Virus record (IMG/VR): IMGVR_UViG_3300029305_009617 | Source of the DNA: an uncultured virus (IMG/VR IMGVR_UViG_3300029305_009617) | Lineage: Duplodnaviria; Heunggongvirae; Uroviricota; Caudoviricetes | Length of the DNA stretch: 34,094 nt | Direction: 5' to 3' (one strand) | In this document: piece by piece, positions 8,968 to 17,288 of the stretch | Layout of the letters: the number at the start of each line of letters is the position of its first letter | Numbering within the stretch: position 1 is the first letter of the stretch | The notes under the pieces: generated by a model | Databases searched by the model: none | Seen by the model: the letters and a program-made list of their open reading frames with translations, nothing else | What the model was told of the DNA's origin: nothing | Position numbers and translations under genes: made by a program

Positions 8968-9042
8968 TATTAATTCTCTCGCGATGGTATATCTGAATCC
9001 AAAGGCTGTTAGAACCGGGCTGACAACTGCAATCAAAAACAT
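8959..9042 (-). pseudogene. Possible Fst-like toxin remnant MFLIAVVSPVLTAFGFRYTIARELIQK
   Basis: 27-aa hydrophobic ORF whose stop abuts the sRNA terminator, as in module 1. No RBS or complementary leader upstream. Confidence 0.4.
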
Positions 9043-9084
9043 TTCAATGGTGTGTGGCGCAGTCAGTGTAAATGGGTGGTAAAT

Positions 9085-9577
9085 ATGATTGATACAATAA
9101 TTAGAAATACATATATTTATAAAAAAATCATAGTAAAAAGAAGCGAAAATGTAAAGGCCAGTTTTTTACGCCAGCATCAATAGCTGAATTTATGGCGCAT
9201 AGAGCAGTATTTGCGGCACAGCATTTATCAATATTAGAGCCGGGTGCTGGGAATGGGCTTTTAACTGCTTCTATTATTAAGTATTGTATTGAAAATGAAC
9301 TGTGTAATTCATTTGATGTAAAATTTGTTGAGAATGATGCAGATGTAATAGAATTACTCGAATCTACCATTTCTGTTATTATGAACTATGTAAATGATAA
9401 TAGTGGAAACATAAACATCTCGTTATTAACAGATAATTATATAACAACTGATATGGATGGGAAATATGATATCGTTATTTGTAATCCTCCATATAAAAAA
9501 ATACGGAAAGATTCCAAAGAATCCAATAGTATGAATAAATATGTATATGGACAACCAAATCTGTATGGTTTATTTAT
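9085..9577 (+). pseudogene. N6-adenine DNA methyltransferase (Eco57I/type IIG-like) fragment
   Basis: Motifs GQFFTP, ILEPGAGNG, ICNPPY, PNLYGLF. Frameshift at the A7 run 9121-9127 and truncation by an IS at 9578. Confidence 0.85.
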
Positions 9578-9695
9578 AACCCATGCGGACGAGAAAACCC
9601 ACGGTTTTAACCGTGGGGATGACAGTCCGTAAATATTTTAACTATATGTAGATGCACATGTTGATTACATCTACATGCTGTGATATACTAAAACT

Positions 9696-10097
9696 ATGAA
9701 AAATGAGTATAAACACACAAAAACAACTATATCACTAATTAACTACCACTTCGTGTTCTGCCCTAGATATCGCAGAAAAATTTTCAATATTGAGGGCGTA
9801 GAACGACGATTTAAAGAACTCACAATAACTGAATGTACTAAAAGCGGTATTGAAATACTTGCTTTGGAGTGCCATATAGACCATGTACATATATTTGTTA
9901 GTGTACTTCCAACAATGAGTATTCCAACAATCATGCAGCAAATAAAAGGTGCTACATCTGTAGAACTTAGAAAAGAGTTTCCACAGCTTAAAGCAATGCC
10001 TAGTCTTTGGACGAGAAGCTATTTCGTAAGTACAGCTGGCAATGTTAGTTCTGAAACTATTAAATGGTACGTTGATACGCAAAAAACAAGACCATAG
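9696..10097 (+). CDS. tnpA: IS200/IS605 Y1 transposase
   Basis: YHFVFCPRYRR, HUH motif DHVH, LWTRSYFVSTAG, catalytic YxxxQ (WYVDTQ). Confidence 0.95.
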   Translation: MKNEYKHTKTTISLINYHFVFCPRYRRKIFNIEGVERRFKELTITECTKSGIEILALECHIDHVHIFVSVLPTMSIPTIMQQIKGATSVELRKEFPQLKAMPSLWTRSYFVSTAGNVSSETIKWYVDTQKTRP

Positions 10098-10105
10098 GAG
10101 CGAAT

Positions 10106-11197
10106 ATGCAAAAAGGTATTAAGTTTAAAGCATATCCTAACAAAGAACAACAAAACTTAATAAATCAAACCCTTGGTTGTTGTAGACTCATCTACAACAA
10201 AGGTCTTGCTATGCGTAACGAAGCCTATGAATGTGGTACTAAAATCGGCTATAATCAAACCTCTGCCATGCTTACAGAGCTAAAGAAAACTGCCGATTTT
10301 TCATTTCTTAAAGAGGTAGACTCAATTGCTTTACAACAAGCTCTGCGTGACCTCGACAGAGGTTTTGTAAACTTTTTTCAGAAACGTGCTGCACACCCGA
10401 CATTCAAGAGCAAGCATAACTGCCACCAGTCGTACAGAACGGTAAACCAAGGGGATAACATCCGTATTGTAGACAAATATTTGAAATTGCCAAAATTGGG
10501 TTATGTTAAAATCAAACAGTCTATGGAGGTTGGCAAAATCAATAACGTAACCATAGAACGTACATCTTCTGGCAAGTATTTTGTAGTTCTTAATGTAGAT
10601 TTTGAGCCTGAACTAAAACCCAATAAAGGCGGTTCTATCGGTATTGATGTAGGTATCAAGGATTTTTACTCTGATTCCAATGGAAATGTAGTGAACAATC
10701 CTAAATATCTTGAAAAGTCAATGCGTAAGCTCATTAAAGAACAACGTAAGCTATCACGTAAGCAAAAAGGAGCTCATAATCGCAATAAGCAGCGTATGAA
10801 AGTAGCTTTGCTACATGAAAAGATTGCCAATCAAAGAAATGACTTTTTGCAAAAACAGTCTACTATGTTAGTGCGTGAAAACCAAACAATCTGCATAGAA
10901 GATTTGAATGTAAAAGGCATGATTCGAAATCATAAGCTTGCTAAAGCAATAGCAAGTGCTTCATGGTCGAAGTTCTTTACAATGCTTGCGTATAAGGCTA
11001 TTTGGTATGGTAATGATGTAATTAAAGTACCAACTATGTATCCAAGCAGTCAAACTTGTAGCTGTTGCGGTTACAAAAACCCATTGATAAAGAATCTGGC
11101 TGTCCGCAATTGGGAATGCCCAGAATGTCATACTAAGCATAATCGTGATATCAATGCAAGTATCAATATCTTAAACAAAGGGCTTGAAGTGGCCTAA
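10106..11197 (+). CDS. tnpB: RNA-guided endonuclease TnpB
   Basis: N-terminal HTH (YPNKEQ...GCCRLIYN), RuvC D-E-D (GIDVG, IEDL, RDINA), Zn ribbon CSCCG...CPEC. Confidence 0.95.
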   Translation: MQKGIKFKAYPNKEQQNLINQTLGCCRLIYNKGLAMRNEAYECGTKIGYNQTSAMLTELKKTADFSFLKEVDSIALQQALRDLDRGFVNFFQKRAAHPTFKSKHNCHQSYRTVNQGDNIRIVDKYLKLPKLGYVKIKQSMEVGKINNVTIERTSSGKYFVVLNVDFEPELKPNKGGSIGIDVGIKDFYSDSNGNVVNNPKYLEKSMRKLIKEQRKLSRKQKGAHNRNKQRMKVALLHEKIANQRNDFLQKQSTMLVRENQTICIEDLNVKGMIRNHKLAKAIASASWSKFFTMLAYKAIWYGNDVIKVPTMYPSSQTCSCCGYKNPLIKNLAVRNWECPECHTKHNRDINASINILNKGLEVA

Positions 11198-11351
11198 ATA
11201 TACTCAAACTGTAGGCTAGGGCATAGCCGAACAGTATAATCTACGCTTGTGGAGACTATGTAAAACTAAAGTCCTTGTGACAATGTAACGGTCTTAGAAG
11301 CAAGAATCCCATTGCTTTAGCTGTGGGAGTGTCAAATTAAGATTGGAATAT
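11198..11351 (+). ncRNA. TnpB omega/reRNA scaffold plus flanking guide
   Basis: Position between the tnpB stop and the IS right end. The guide is predicted to be the flank starting at 11336 (ATTAAGATTGGAATAT). The 5' boundary is approximate. Confidence 0.6.
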
Positions 11352-11417
11352 AAATCTTAGGGCGAAGACGAAAAACTGTCTTGAAAAATATAAAAATATG
11401 TAATACGAGGGATAAAA

Positions 11418-13010
11418 ATGGGACTTGTGTTGGAAAGTTGCTTTGATATATACGATATAATGGCAAGATGTTATTTGTATATGAAAAACGACAAAACGTT
11501 TGATTTTAATGATATTGATTCTGAGGAGCAAGAGTCAATAGATAATAAGATGATATCTAAAGAAATAAAATTAGTTATTAAAGCATACTTAGAGCGTAAG
11601 AGCGCAAAAGATCCTGACGCAAATTTATTCTTGATAAATTCATTGAAGCAGTTAAATAGCGAGTGGGTATTTGGTTCGGAAGAGTGTTATCAGATTATAA
11701 GGACTATTGATAATAACATAGGTTATTCTGTAAATGAAATTAATTTATATGACAGTTTTTTTAATACATATAGAAGTTTGAATACGGAATTAAATAATAA
11801 AGTAAGGATTTTTCCTATAATTACGGATAATTATCGTAATACAATTAATAAATATTATAGAAAAGCACATGAACAGGATTTTTTGAGAAAGAGAATAGCA
11901 TACGATAGCCGTTCTATAAATAAAATGCTTGAAAATTATATTTTTATGGATGATAGTGATTTTCAGCAATATACGCCTGTCATTCATGAGCTTATAAATT
12001 ATGAGTGTTTTATGGAACATATAGAAGATGACTATATGACAGTGGCTATTTTCCCCGTTACGAGTGTAAATTTAAATGATATTTTGAAAGTTAAGTACAG
12101 TAAGAATTATTTTGAGATAAAGGACATGGACGAAGATTATGAAAATATGATTATCGACAGATGTAACAGATTTATTAAATCACTTACTGGAACAATAGAT
12201 TTTCTGTTATTTCCCGAAATGCTCATGACTCCCAAAATAATAGCAGAAATAGAAAAAAATATCGAGCATTGTACTGCAGAGATAAGATTTGTAATATATG
12301 GTTCGCAGTGGAAATCGGGTTGTAATATTAGCGAAGTAAAATATAGGGGAGAAAATCTTTTTTCCTATTTTAAAAAAATCCCTTTTGAGATATCACTTGA
12401 TAAAAAGGGGTTGGAAAATTTAAAAAATAATTGTAAGGATGTAAATCAAAAAAAATTACTCCATTCTATACTGATGAATCATGATTTTGATAAAAATGAG
12501 AAGAAGATATTTCAAGAAAAATTAAAAGGTTTATCAGATGATAATAATCAGGTGCATATAATAGATATTAATAAATTAGGTAGAATATTTGTTTTTATAT
12601 GCAAAGATGTGAATGATCCAAAGTACACTAATACAGTTAAAATTCTTCATGGAGATATTTTGTTTGTTCCGGCATGTTCTCCTTCAATGGATTTAAATTC
12701 TGTACCAAAGGAAATGGCAGAACTGTTTCACTGCACTACGTTTATGTGTAACACTTGTGCCTCCTTATGTGATGGTATAAAAGATAGAAAAAATAAGATA
12801 AATAAGAAGGCAAGAATAGGTTTTATTACAACACCTGAGAAAGCGGGTTCGGAAAGAGAAGACAATAATATTTTTTATTGTTTTGATAAATCCTGCGAAA
12901 ATTGTGATAAAACGTGTCTGGGAAGAATTTATAATATGAATATCTCATCTTTTATAGAGGAGGATAATACAGTGAGCATGGATATAAAGGAAGCAGTGAG
13001 AAATTTTTGA
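11418..13010 (+). CDS. Protein with C-terminal nitrilase/carbon-nitrogen hydrolase fold
   Basis: E-K-C triad-like motifs LLFPEM, YFKKIPF, VFICKD, plus DILFVPA and FMCN. The N-terminal ~200 aa are unrecognised. Confidence 0.7.
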   Translation: MGLVLESCFDIYDIMARCYLYMKNDKTFDFNDIDSEEQESIDNKMISKEIKLVIKAYLERKSAKDPDANLFLINSLKQLNSEWVFGSEECYQIIRTIDNNIGYSVNEINLYDSFFNTYRSLNTELNNKVRIFPIITDNYRNTINKYYRKAHEQDFLRKRIAYDSRSINKMLENYIFMDDSDFQQYTPVIHELINYECFMEHIEDDYMTVAIFPVTSVNLNDILKVKYSKNYFEIKDMDEDYENMIIDRCNRFIKSLTGTIDFLLFPEMLMTPKIIAEIEKNIEHCTAEIRFVIYGSQWKSGCNISEVKYRGENLFSYFKKIPFEISLDKKGLENLKNNCKDVNQKKLLHSILMNHDFDKNEKKIFQEKLKGLSDDNNQVHIIDINKLGRIFVFICKDVNDPKYTNTVKILHGDILFVPACSPSMDLNSVPKEMAELFHCTTFMCNTCASLCDGIKDRKNKINKKARIGFITTPEKAGSEREDNNIFYCFDKSCENCDKTCLGRIYNMNISSFIEEDNTVSMDIKEAVRNF

Positions 13011-13066
13011 TCGGTATGAATCATCATAAGTGGTTTCATGATTTATAAGAAAGGGTATGCAGGGAA

Positions 13067-14005
13067 ATGAACTTTTTCCCTGTTAGGTATTTTATGGCGA
13101 GAAACAGAGAGATAAATTTGTTATTAGATTATGTAGAAGTTGAGAATAAAAAAAAGAATAGCTCCAGAGTTGTTGAAAATATGGAAGTAAAAATGCGGGT
13201 CAATTCTGCCAGTGGTTCTCTTATAAACATACTTATAGGACAAATTAGGGATATGCGTAATATCCGTAGTGATGTTGAGTATTTGATTGCAAATAAAAGT
13301 AAGATAATCGAATTGTCCTTGAGAAGAAGAAAAGAAATTGAAAACCTGATGGGTCAGAAAAATAGAACTTACTTATCCGAACTACTAGACCTGTATAATA
13401 CCTCTGTTTTTATAAAAACTTCTATTAATATATTAGAACAGGATGTAAAATATAAAAGAGATTTATTGAAGTGTCGAAAATACTTTTTGAATGACGCTTC
13501 TGATATATATGAATATTTGTACTGGAATGATGATGTGAATATAAGTGCTTTATCTCGTGAAACGAAAAAAGATATGGATTCTATTTATCGTGTGTTTTTA
13601 GAGCATGAAGAACTGGTTAAGAAAAAGAGAAAAGAGGATGAGACAGAACCATCTTATTCGCTATCTTTAAAGGGGAAGGAACTATATTCGTTATATAAAA
13701 GTGAATATAGAAATATTGCTACTGACGAAACACGACAAGTCCAGGATGAAGATAAATTAAATGAAGTATTAGAATTTCTAATACAATATGCTCAGGATAA
13801 AAAAGAACCTAAATTTAGGAAGGCCCCTGTATTAAGAACTGCACGAGCAAGGGAGAATTTTGCAAAATTGAAATCTTTAATTGATGGAGAAAAAGGATAT
13901 AAGTATGGTTCTATTATAGATGAGCTATATGAAAGCAGGATGAGTAAGATACAGCCGGATTATGCAATTGTTGTTGAACGAAAAAAGGGGAGAATGTATG
14001 AATAA
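13067..14005 (+). CDS. Hypothetical protein with probable winged-helix domain
   Basis: 'NISALSRETKKDMDSIYRVF...LVKK...YSLSLKGKELY' resembles a MarR-type wHTH. Confidence 0.55.
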   Translation: MNFFPVRYFMARNREINLLLDYVEVENKKKNSSRVVENMEVKMRVNSASGSLINILIGQIRDMRNIRSDVEYLIANKSKIIELSLRRRKEIENLMGQKNRTYLSELLDLYNTSVFIKTSINILEQDVKYKRDLLKCRKYFLNDASDIYEYLYWNDDVNISALSRETKKDMDSIYRVFLEHEELVKKKRKEDETEPSYSLSLKGKELYSLYKSEYRNIATDETRQVQDEDKLNEVLEFLIQYAQDKKEPKFRKAPVLRTARARENFAKLKSLIDGEKGYKYGSIIDELYESRMSKIQPDYAIVVERKKGRMYE

Positions 14006-14648
14006 ATTATTTTATAAAAGTATGTTTCATTCTTTAGATGATGAAGAAATTAAAAACGTTGAAATATGTTATGACGAATTAAAGAAAATAATCGGAAATA
14101 ATTTTCAGGAAATAGTCAATAACGATGCTATTAAAATAAAAAAAGAATATAAAAATCAGTTCGACAGATTTTTATACGAGTTATTGTTAATATATCCGAA
14201 AATCAACATGGATATGTTTAAAACTGAAATAGAATTACTGGAAGATATGTCGGAAGGGATGTTTTGGAATATTGTTTTAGATTATTGTGACCAATGTAAT
14301 CATGTAAAGGAAAAAACAAAATTTATCCAAGAGTTGGACCAGACAGAGTATGAGAGAATTATAGAATATGTATTTGAAAGGTATGTAAGACACCATAATT
14401 ATATTGTTTCTTATGACGAATATGATGAGGAAAAAATAAAGGTGTTGATTAAATATGTTAATACAATCCTTTCCTGTGTAATAGAAGATTTTTTTGATTT
14501 AGACAGAATAGTAGAGGAATATGCTGCTAAATTCGGATTAGATACGTGCAAATTAGAATATGCCTACAATTTGGTAAACTCAAATAAAATAGAATTAATG
14601 CTTAAAAACATTATCTGCAATTTTCAGGAAATAAAAATAGATGATTAA
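13998..14648 (+). CDS. Acidic helical hypothetical protein (216 aa)
   Basis: ATG overlaps the upstream gene's end. RBS GGGGAG. Confidence 0.75.
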   Translation: MNKLFYKSMFHSLDDEEIKNVEICYDELKKIIGNNFQEIVNNDAIKIKKEYKNQFDRFLYELLLIYPKINMDMFKTEIELLEDMSEGMFWNIVLDYCDQCNHVKEKTKFIQELDQTEYERIIEYVFERYVRHHNYIVSYDEYDEEKIKVLIKYVNTILSCVIEDFFDLDRIVEEYAAKFGLDTCKLEYAYNLVNSNKIELMLKNIICNFQEIKIDD

Positions 14649-14664
14649 AGAAGTGTTTAAGACT

Positions 14665-14701
14665 GTGAACTACTCGGTTATGCAATTGCCGAGTAGTTCA
14701 C
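14665..14701. terminator. Stem-loop after the three-gene operon
   Basis: GTGAACTACTCGG...CCGAGTAGTTCAC, 13-bp perfect stem. Confidence 0.65.
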
Positions 14702-14752
14702 GTATAAAAATGGTTATGCTTGAATGTGCTGATAGCATATGTTATAATAATA

Positions 14753-14828
14753 TAGATTAGGAATGATTTTGATGTGCCATGGCTGACACAAATCGAAAAC
14801 CCCAGAGTTGCAGCTCTGGGGTTTTTGA
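14753..14828 (+). ncRNA. Putative short sRNA (orphan antitoxin-like)
   Basis: TTGAAT-17-TATAAT promoter just upstream and an AAAACCCCAGAG-ttgcag-CTCTGGGGTTTT terminator, with no convincing ORF between them. Confidence 0.55.
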
Positions 14829-14898
14829 GTTAATTACAAGTTCTAAGCGGGAAAGCCTCCAATCCTCAGATAGTGAGGATGAAAGCGCCCTCGTTTTT

Positions 14899-14982
14899 CG
14901 AACATATATTTGTATTGTAATAGAATCTGTGGTATAATTCTATTATGATGAATGATTATAAAACTTCCGAACATCTGGTTTA
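14899..14982 (+). promoter_or_regulatory. SigA promoter with SOS-box-like sites
   Basis: CGAACATATATTTG overlapping TTGTAT-17-TATAAT (14910-14938). A second CGAACATCTGGTT at ~14968. Confidence 0.45.
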
Positions 14983-15042
14983 TTTGTGCCATTATCACGT
15001 TATTGTCTAGATTGTTTCGCAAAGGTGTGTACACAATTTTAA

Positions 15043-15061
15043 GTGTACGAAATCCAGAGCA
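15043..15061. repeat. 19-bp motif, copy 3
   Basis: GTGTACGAAAtcCAGAGCA. Confidence 0.75.
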
Positions 15062-15218
15062 AACTGGAGCTTGAAAAAATGTTAATTCTATGCATTTTTT
15101 TCAAACGAATGAATATAATTAATTATAAAAAGTACTGTTTTTTTTACGATTCTTATGATATTCTGGAATTACATCTATTTAAGACGTATAGAAAATAGTA
15201 CACGAGAGGATAAGGGAA

Positions 15219-15566
15219 ATGACAGAATTTGTAGGGGCAGAGCATCTGATTGCCAGGATGCTTATTGAAAAAGGAAAGCAGGAAATCTCAACGGCTGAGT
15301 TAAATAGACTCGGAATTTATGTAAGACGGTTATCTATTAAGGAAGGAGTAGATGCGGTTTTTCTCACTTCGCGAGAGGAAGTTTATTCGGCAGTTTATGA
15401 TTATTCGGATTATTTTGAATGTATTTATGATGCTGATGAACGTTTGACTGGTATTAAAATTAACGCTAGCAAGAATGCAGAAGACTTGAATTTGAAATTT
15501 ATTAAATTTTTGCCGGAAGACATTATAGGGTTACTTGACAGAGCAATAAGAGAGTTGGCAGCTTAA
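15219..15566 (+). CDS. Hypothetical protein (115 aa), partner of the HD gene
   Basis: RBS GAGGA/AAGGG. Ends 22 bp before the HD gene. Confidence 0.75.
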   Translation: MTEFVGAEHLIARMLIEKGKQEISTAELNRLGIYVRRLSIKEGVDAVFLTSREEVYSAVYDYSDYFECIYDADERLTGIKINASKNAEDLNLKFIKFLPEDIIGLLDRAIRELAA

Positions 15567-15588
15567 TTAACAGCAGAGGGTACAGAAG

Positions 15589-17199
15589 ATGAAGCAATTT
15601 AAAGACCCAATTTATGGATACGTAGATGTTGAAACCCGCTATATTCCTGTAATTAACTCGGCTGAATTTCAAAGGCTCAGAAGTATACGACAGACGGGTT
15701 ATGCGTCGTTATATCCAAGTGCTCTTCATAATAGATTTGTACATTCATTAGGGGTACTCCACTTAGGGAAGAAAGCGGTTAATTCATTAAGGGATAATAT
15801 TGGCAATCAATTAGGTGATAATTTTGATAAGGAATATGACTGGGATAGATTGAAAGAAACTTTTATCCTTGCATGTTTGTTGCATGATGTTGGACATTCT
15901 CCTTTTTCGCATACTGGAGAAGCTTTTTATGCTCAAAGTACAATTTTTGAAGAAGAATTCCAAGAATTAATACATTCTGAAGAATTAAATAGGGATTTAA
16001 TTCTTCATGGCTATGGAAAACCTCATGAGGCTATGAGCGCTATTATCGGCATAAAACTGTTAGAAGAAAAAAGAGTAGAAATAGATAAAGAATTTTTTGC
16101 ACGGGCAATCATGGGAACGGAGTATTCTGCAAAAGATACTAAGTATCAAATACGAAATTGCCTAATCAGTATTCTAAATGGAAACCTAATAGATGTGGAT
16201 AAACTGGACTATTTAATGCGTGACGCGTATGTAACAGGCTATTCCACAATGAAGATTGATTATGAACGCTTATTGGCTGGCTATACAATAGTAAAGATAA
16301 GTACTAAGACTTGTGGAGATGTATTAAAAGCGGCTTTTAAAAAGGGTGCCCTTAGTATTATTGAAAACATTACGTATGCTAATGATTTGGAACGCAGGTG
16401 GATACAGAGTAATCCTACTATATTATATGATTGTAAACTGGTTGAATTTGCAATTATGCGTTATAATCAGTATATGTCTCAGACTTATGAAGGATTGAAA
16501 AAATATGGTAATGTTTTTAACAAGGTTGCTATATCGAAGGAAGGTTTTAAAGAAGAAGATAAGGTAGATTTGCGGCTGTTATGTGACGATGATATAATAA
16601 CCTATTTGAAAAATGTCGACAATAGTATTATAGGGGAACATTATTTTTCCAGAGATAAACGTTACAAACCATTATGGAAAACAGAAGGTGAATACATAAC
16701 AAAAGTAAAAGAAGGTATTGCACCTCGTAAACTGGAGAGACTTTTTGATGTTTTACGTGGCAGTTTAAGTTATTTTCGGATCTTTTTTATTAATTCAGAA
16801 GAATTGCTTCGGTTAGAAAGAGAAAAAACTACGAATCAACCGGATAAGCAGGGTAAGTATGATTCACCGATATCGCTTGTAAAATTCTTTGAAAAATTTG
16901 CAGATGATTTTGGACTGGAATTTGAATTTGCAATCATAAGAGAAAATGCTTTTACAAGTAACCGTGAAAAGATGGAAAAAAATCCTATTTATATTAAAAT
17001 CGATGAGACGGAAACTTCTACGTTCATTGATTTAATGTATGGAAAAGAAAAATCGGTTAATACTGGAAAAGATAAAATGAATGATACGCAGTTGTTCTAT
17101 GTCTATACATCCAAACGTAATCTTGAAATAGCTAAAGAAAAAGGAATGAAATTGTCTGATGAACTTATAGATTATTTGAATTCTAATTGGAGTAATTAA
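15589..17199 (+). CDS. HD-domain dNTP triphosphohydrolase (SAMHD1/dGTPase-like)
   Basis: KDPIYG, FQRLRSIRQ, HNRFVHSLG, LLHDVGHSPFSH, PHE, DVDKLDYLMRD. Confidence 0.9.
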   Translation: MKQFKDPIYGYVDVETRYIPVINSAEFQRLRSIRQTGYASLYPSALHNRFVHSLGVLHLGKKAVNSLRDNIGNQLGDNFDKEYDWDRLKETFILACLLHDVGHSPFSHTGEAFYAQSTIFEEEFQELIHSEELNRDLILHGYGKPHEAMSAIIGIKLLEEKRVEIDKEFFARAIMGTEYSAKDTKYQIRNCLISILNGNLIDVDKLDYLMRDAYVTGYSTMKIDYERLLAGYTIVKISTKTCGDVLKAAFKKGALSIIENITYANDLERRWIQSNPTILYDCKLVEFAIMRYNQYMSQTYEGLKKYGNVFNKVAISKEGFKEEDKVDLRLLCDDDIITYLKNVDNSIIGEHYFSRDKRYKPLWKTEGEYITKVKEGIAPRKLERLFDVLRGSLSYFRIFFINSEELLRLEREKTTNQPDKQGKYDSPISLVKFFEKFADDFGLEFEFAIIRENAFTSNREKMEKNPIYIKIDETETSTFIDLMYGKEKSVNTGKDKMNDTQLFYVYTSKRNLEIAKEKGMKLSDELIDYLNSNWSN

Positions 17200-17219
17200 G
17201 CAGCATACATATAATGATG

Positions 17220-17288
17220 AAGGCTTGTCTATACAGCAGGCCTTTATTTTTTATTAGTAAAAGACGCACGACGGTGGGTCTTTTTTAT
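17220..17288 (+). terminator. Two tandem terminator-like hairpins
   Basis: AAGGCTTG...CAGGCCTT followed by Ts, and AAAAGAC...GTCTTTT followed by Ts. Confidence 0.55.

Larger units (their letters stand above)
9578..11335 (+). mobile_element. IS200/IS605-family insertion sequence (tnpA + tnpB)
   Basis: Inserted after TTTAT. Left hairpin CCCACGGTT-tt-AACCGTGGG. Right hairpin GAATCCCA...TGGGAGTG ending in TCAA at 11335. No target-site duplication. Confidence 0.9.

Noticed and set aside
6590..8970. Recurrent GGTRCTACC / CGGT motifs as a CRISPR array
   Set aside because: Irregular spacing, mixed orientation and no cas genes. Better explained as TA RNA scaffolds.
9192..9632. 146-aa ORF as a complete methyltransferase
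   Set aside because: It starts downstream of the GQFFTP motif and its last residues are read from the IS left end.
11418..14648. DRT/retron reverse transcriptase system
   Set aside because: No RT motifs recognised in any of the three proteins.
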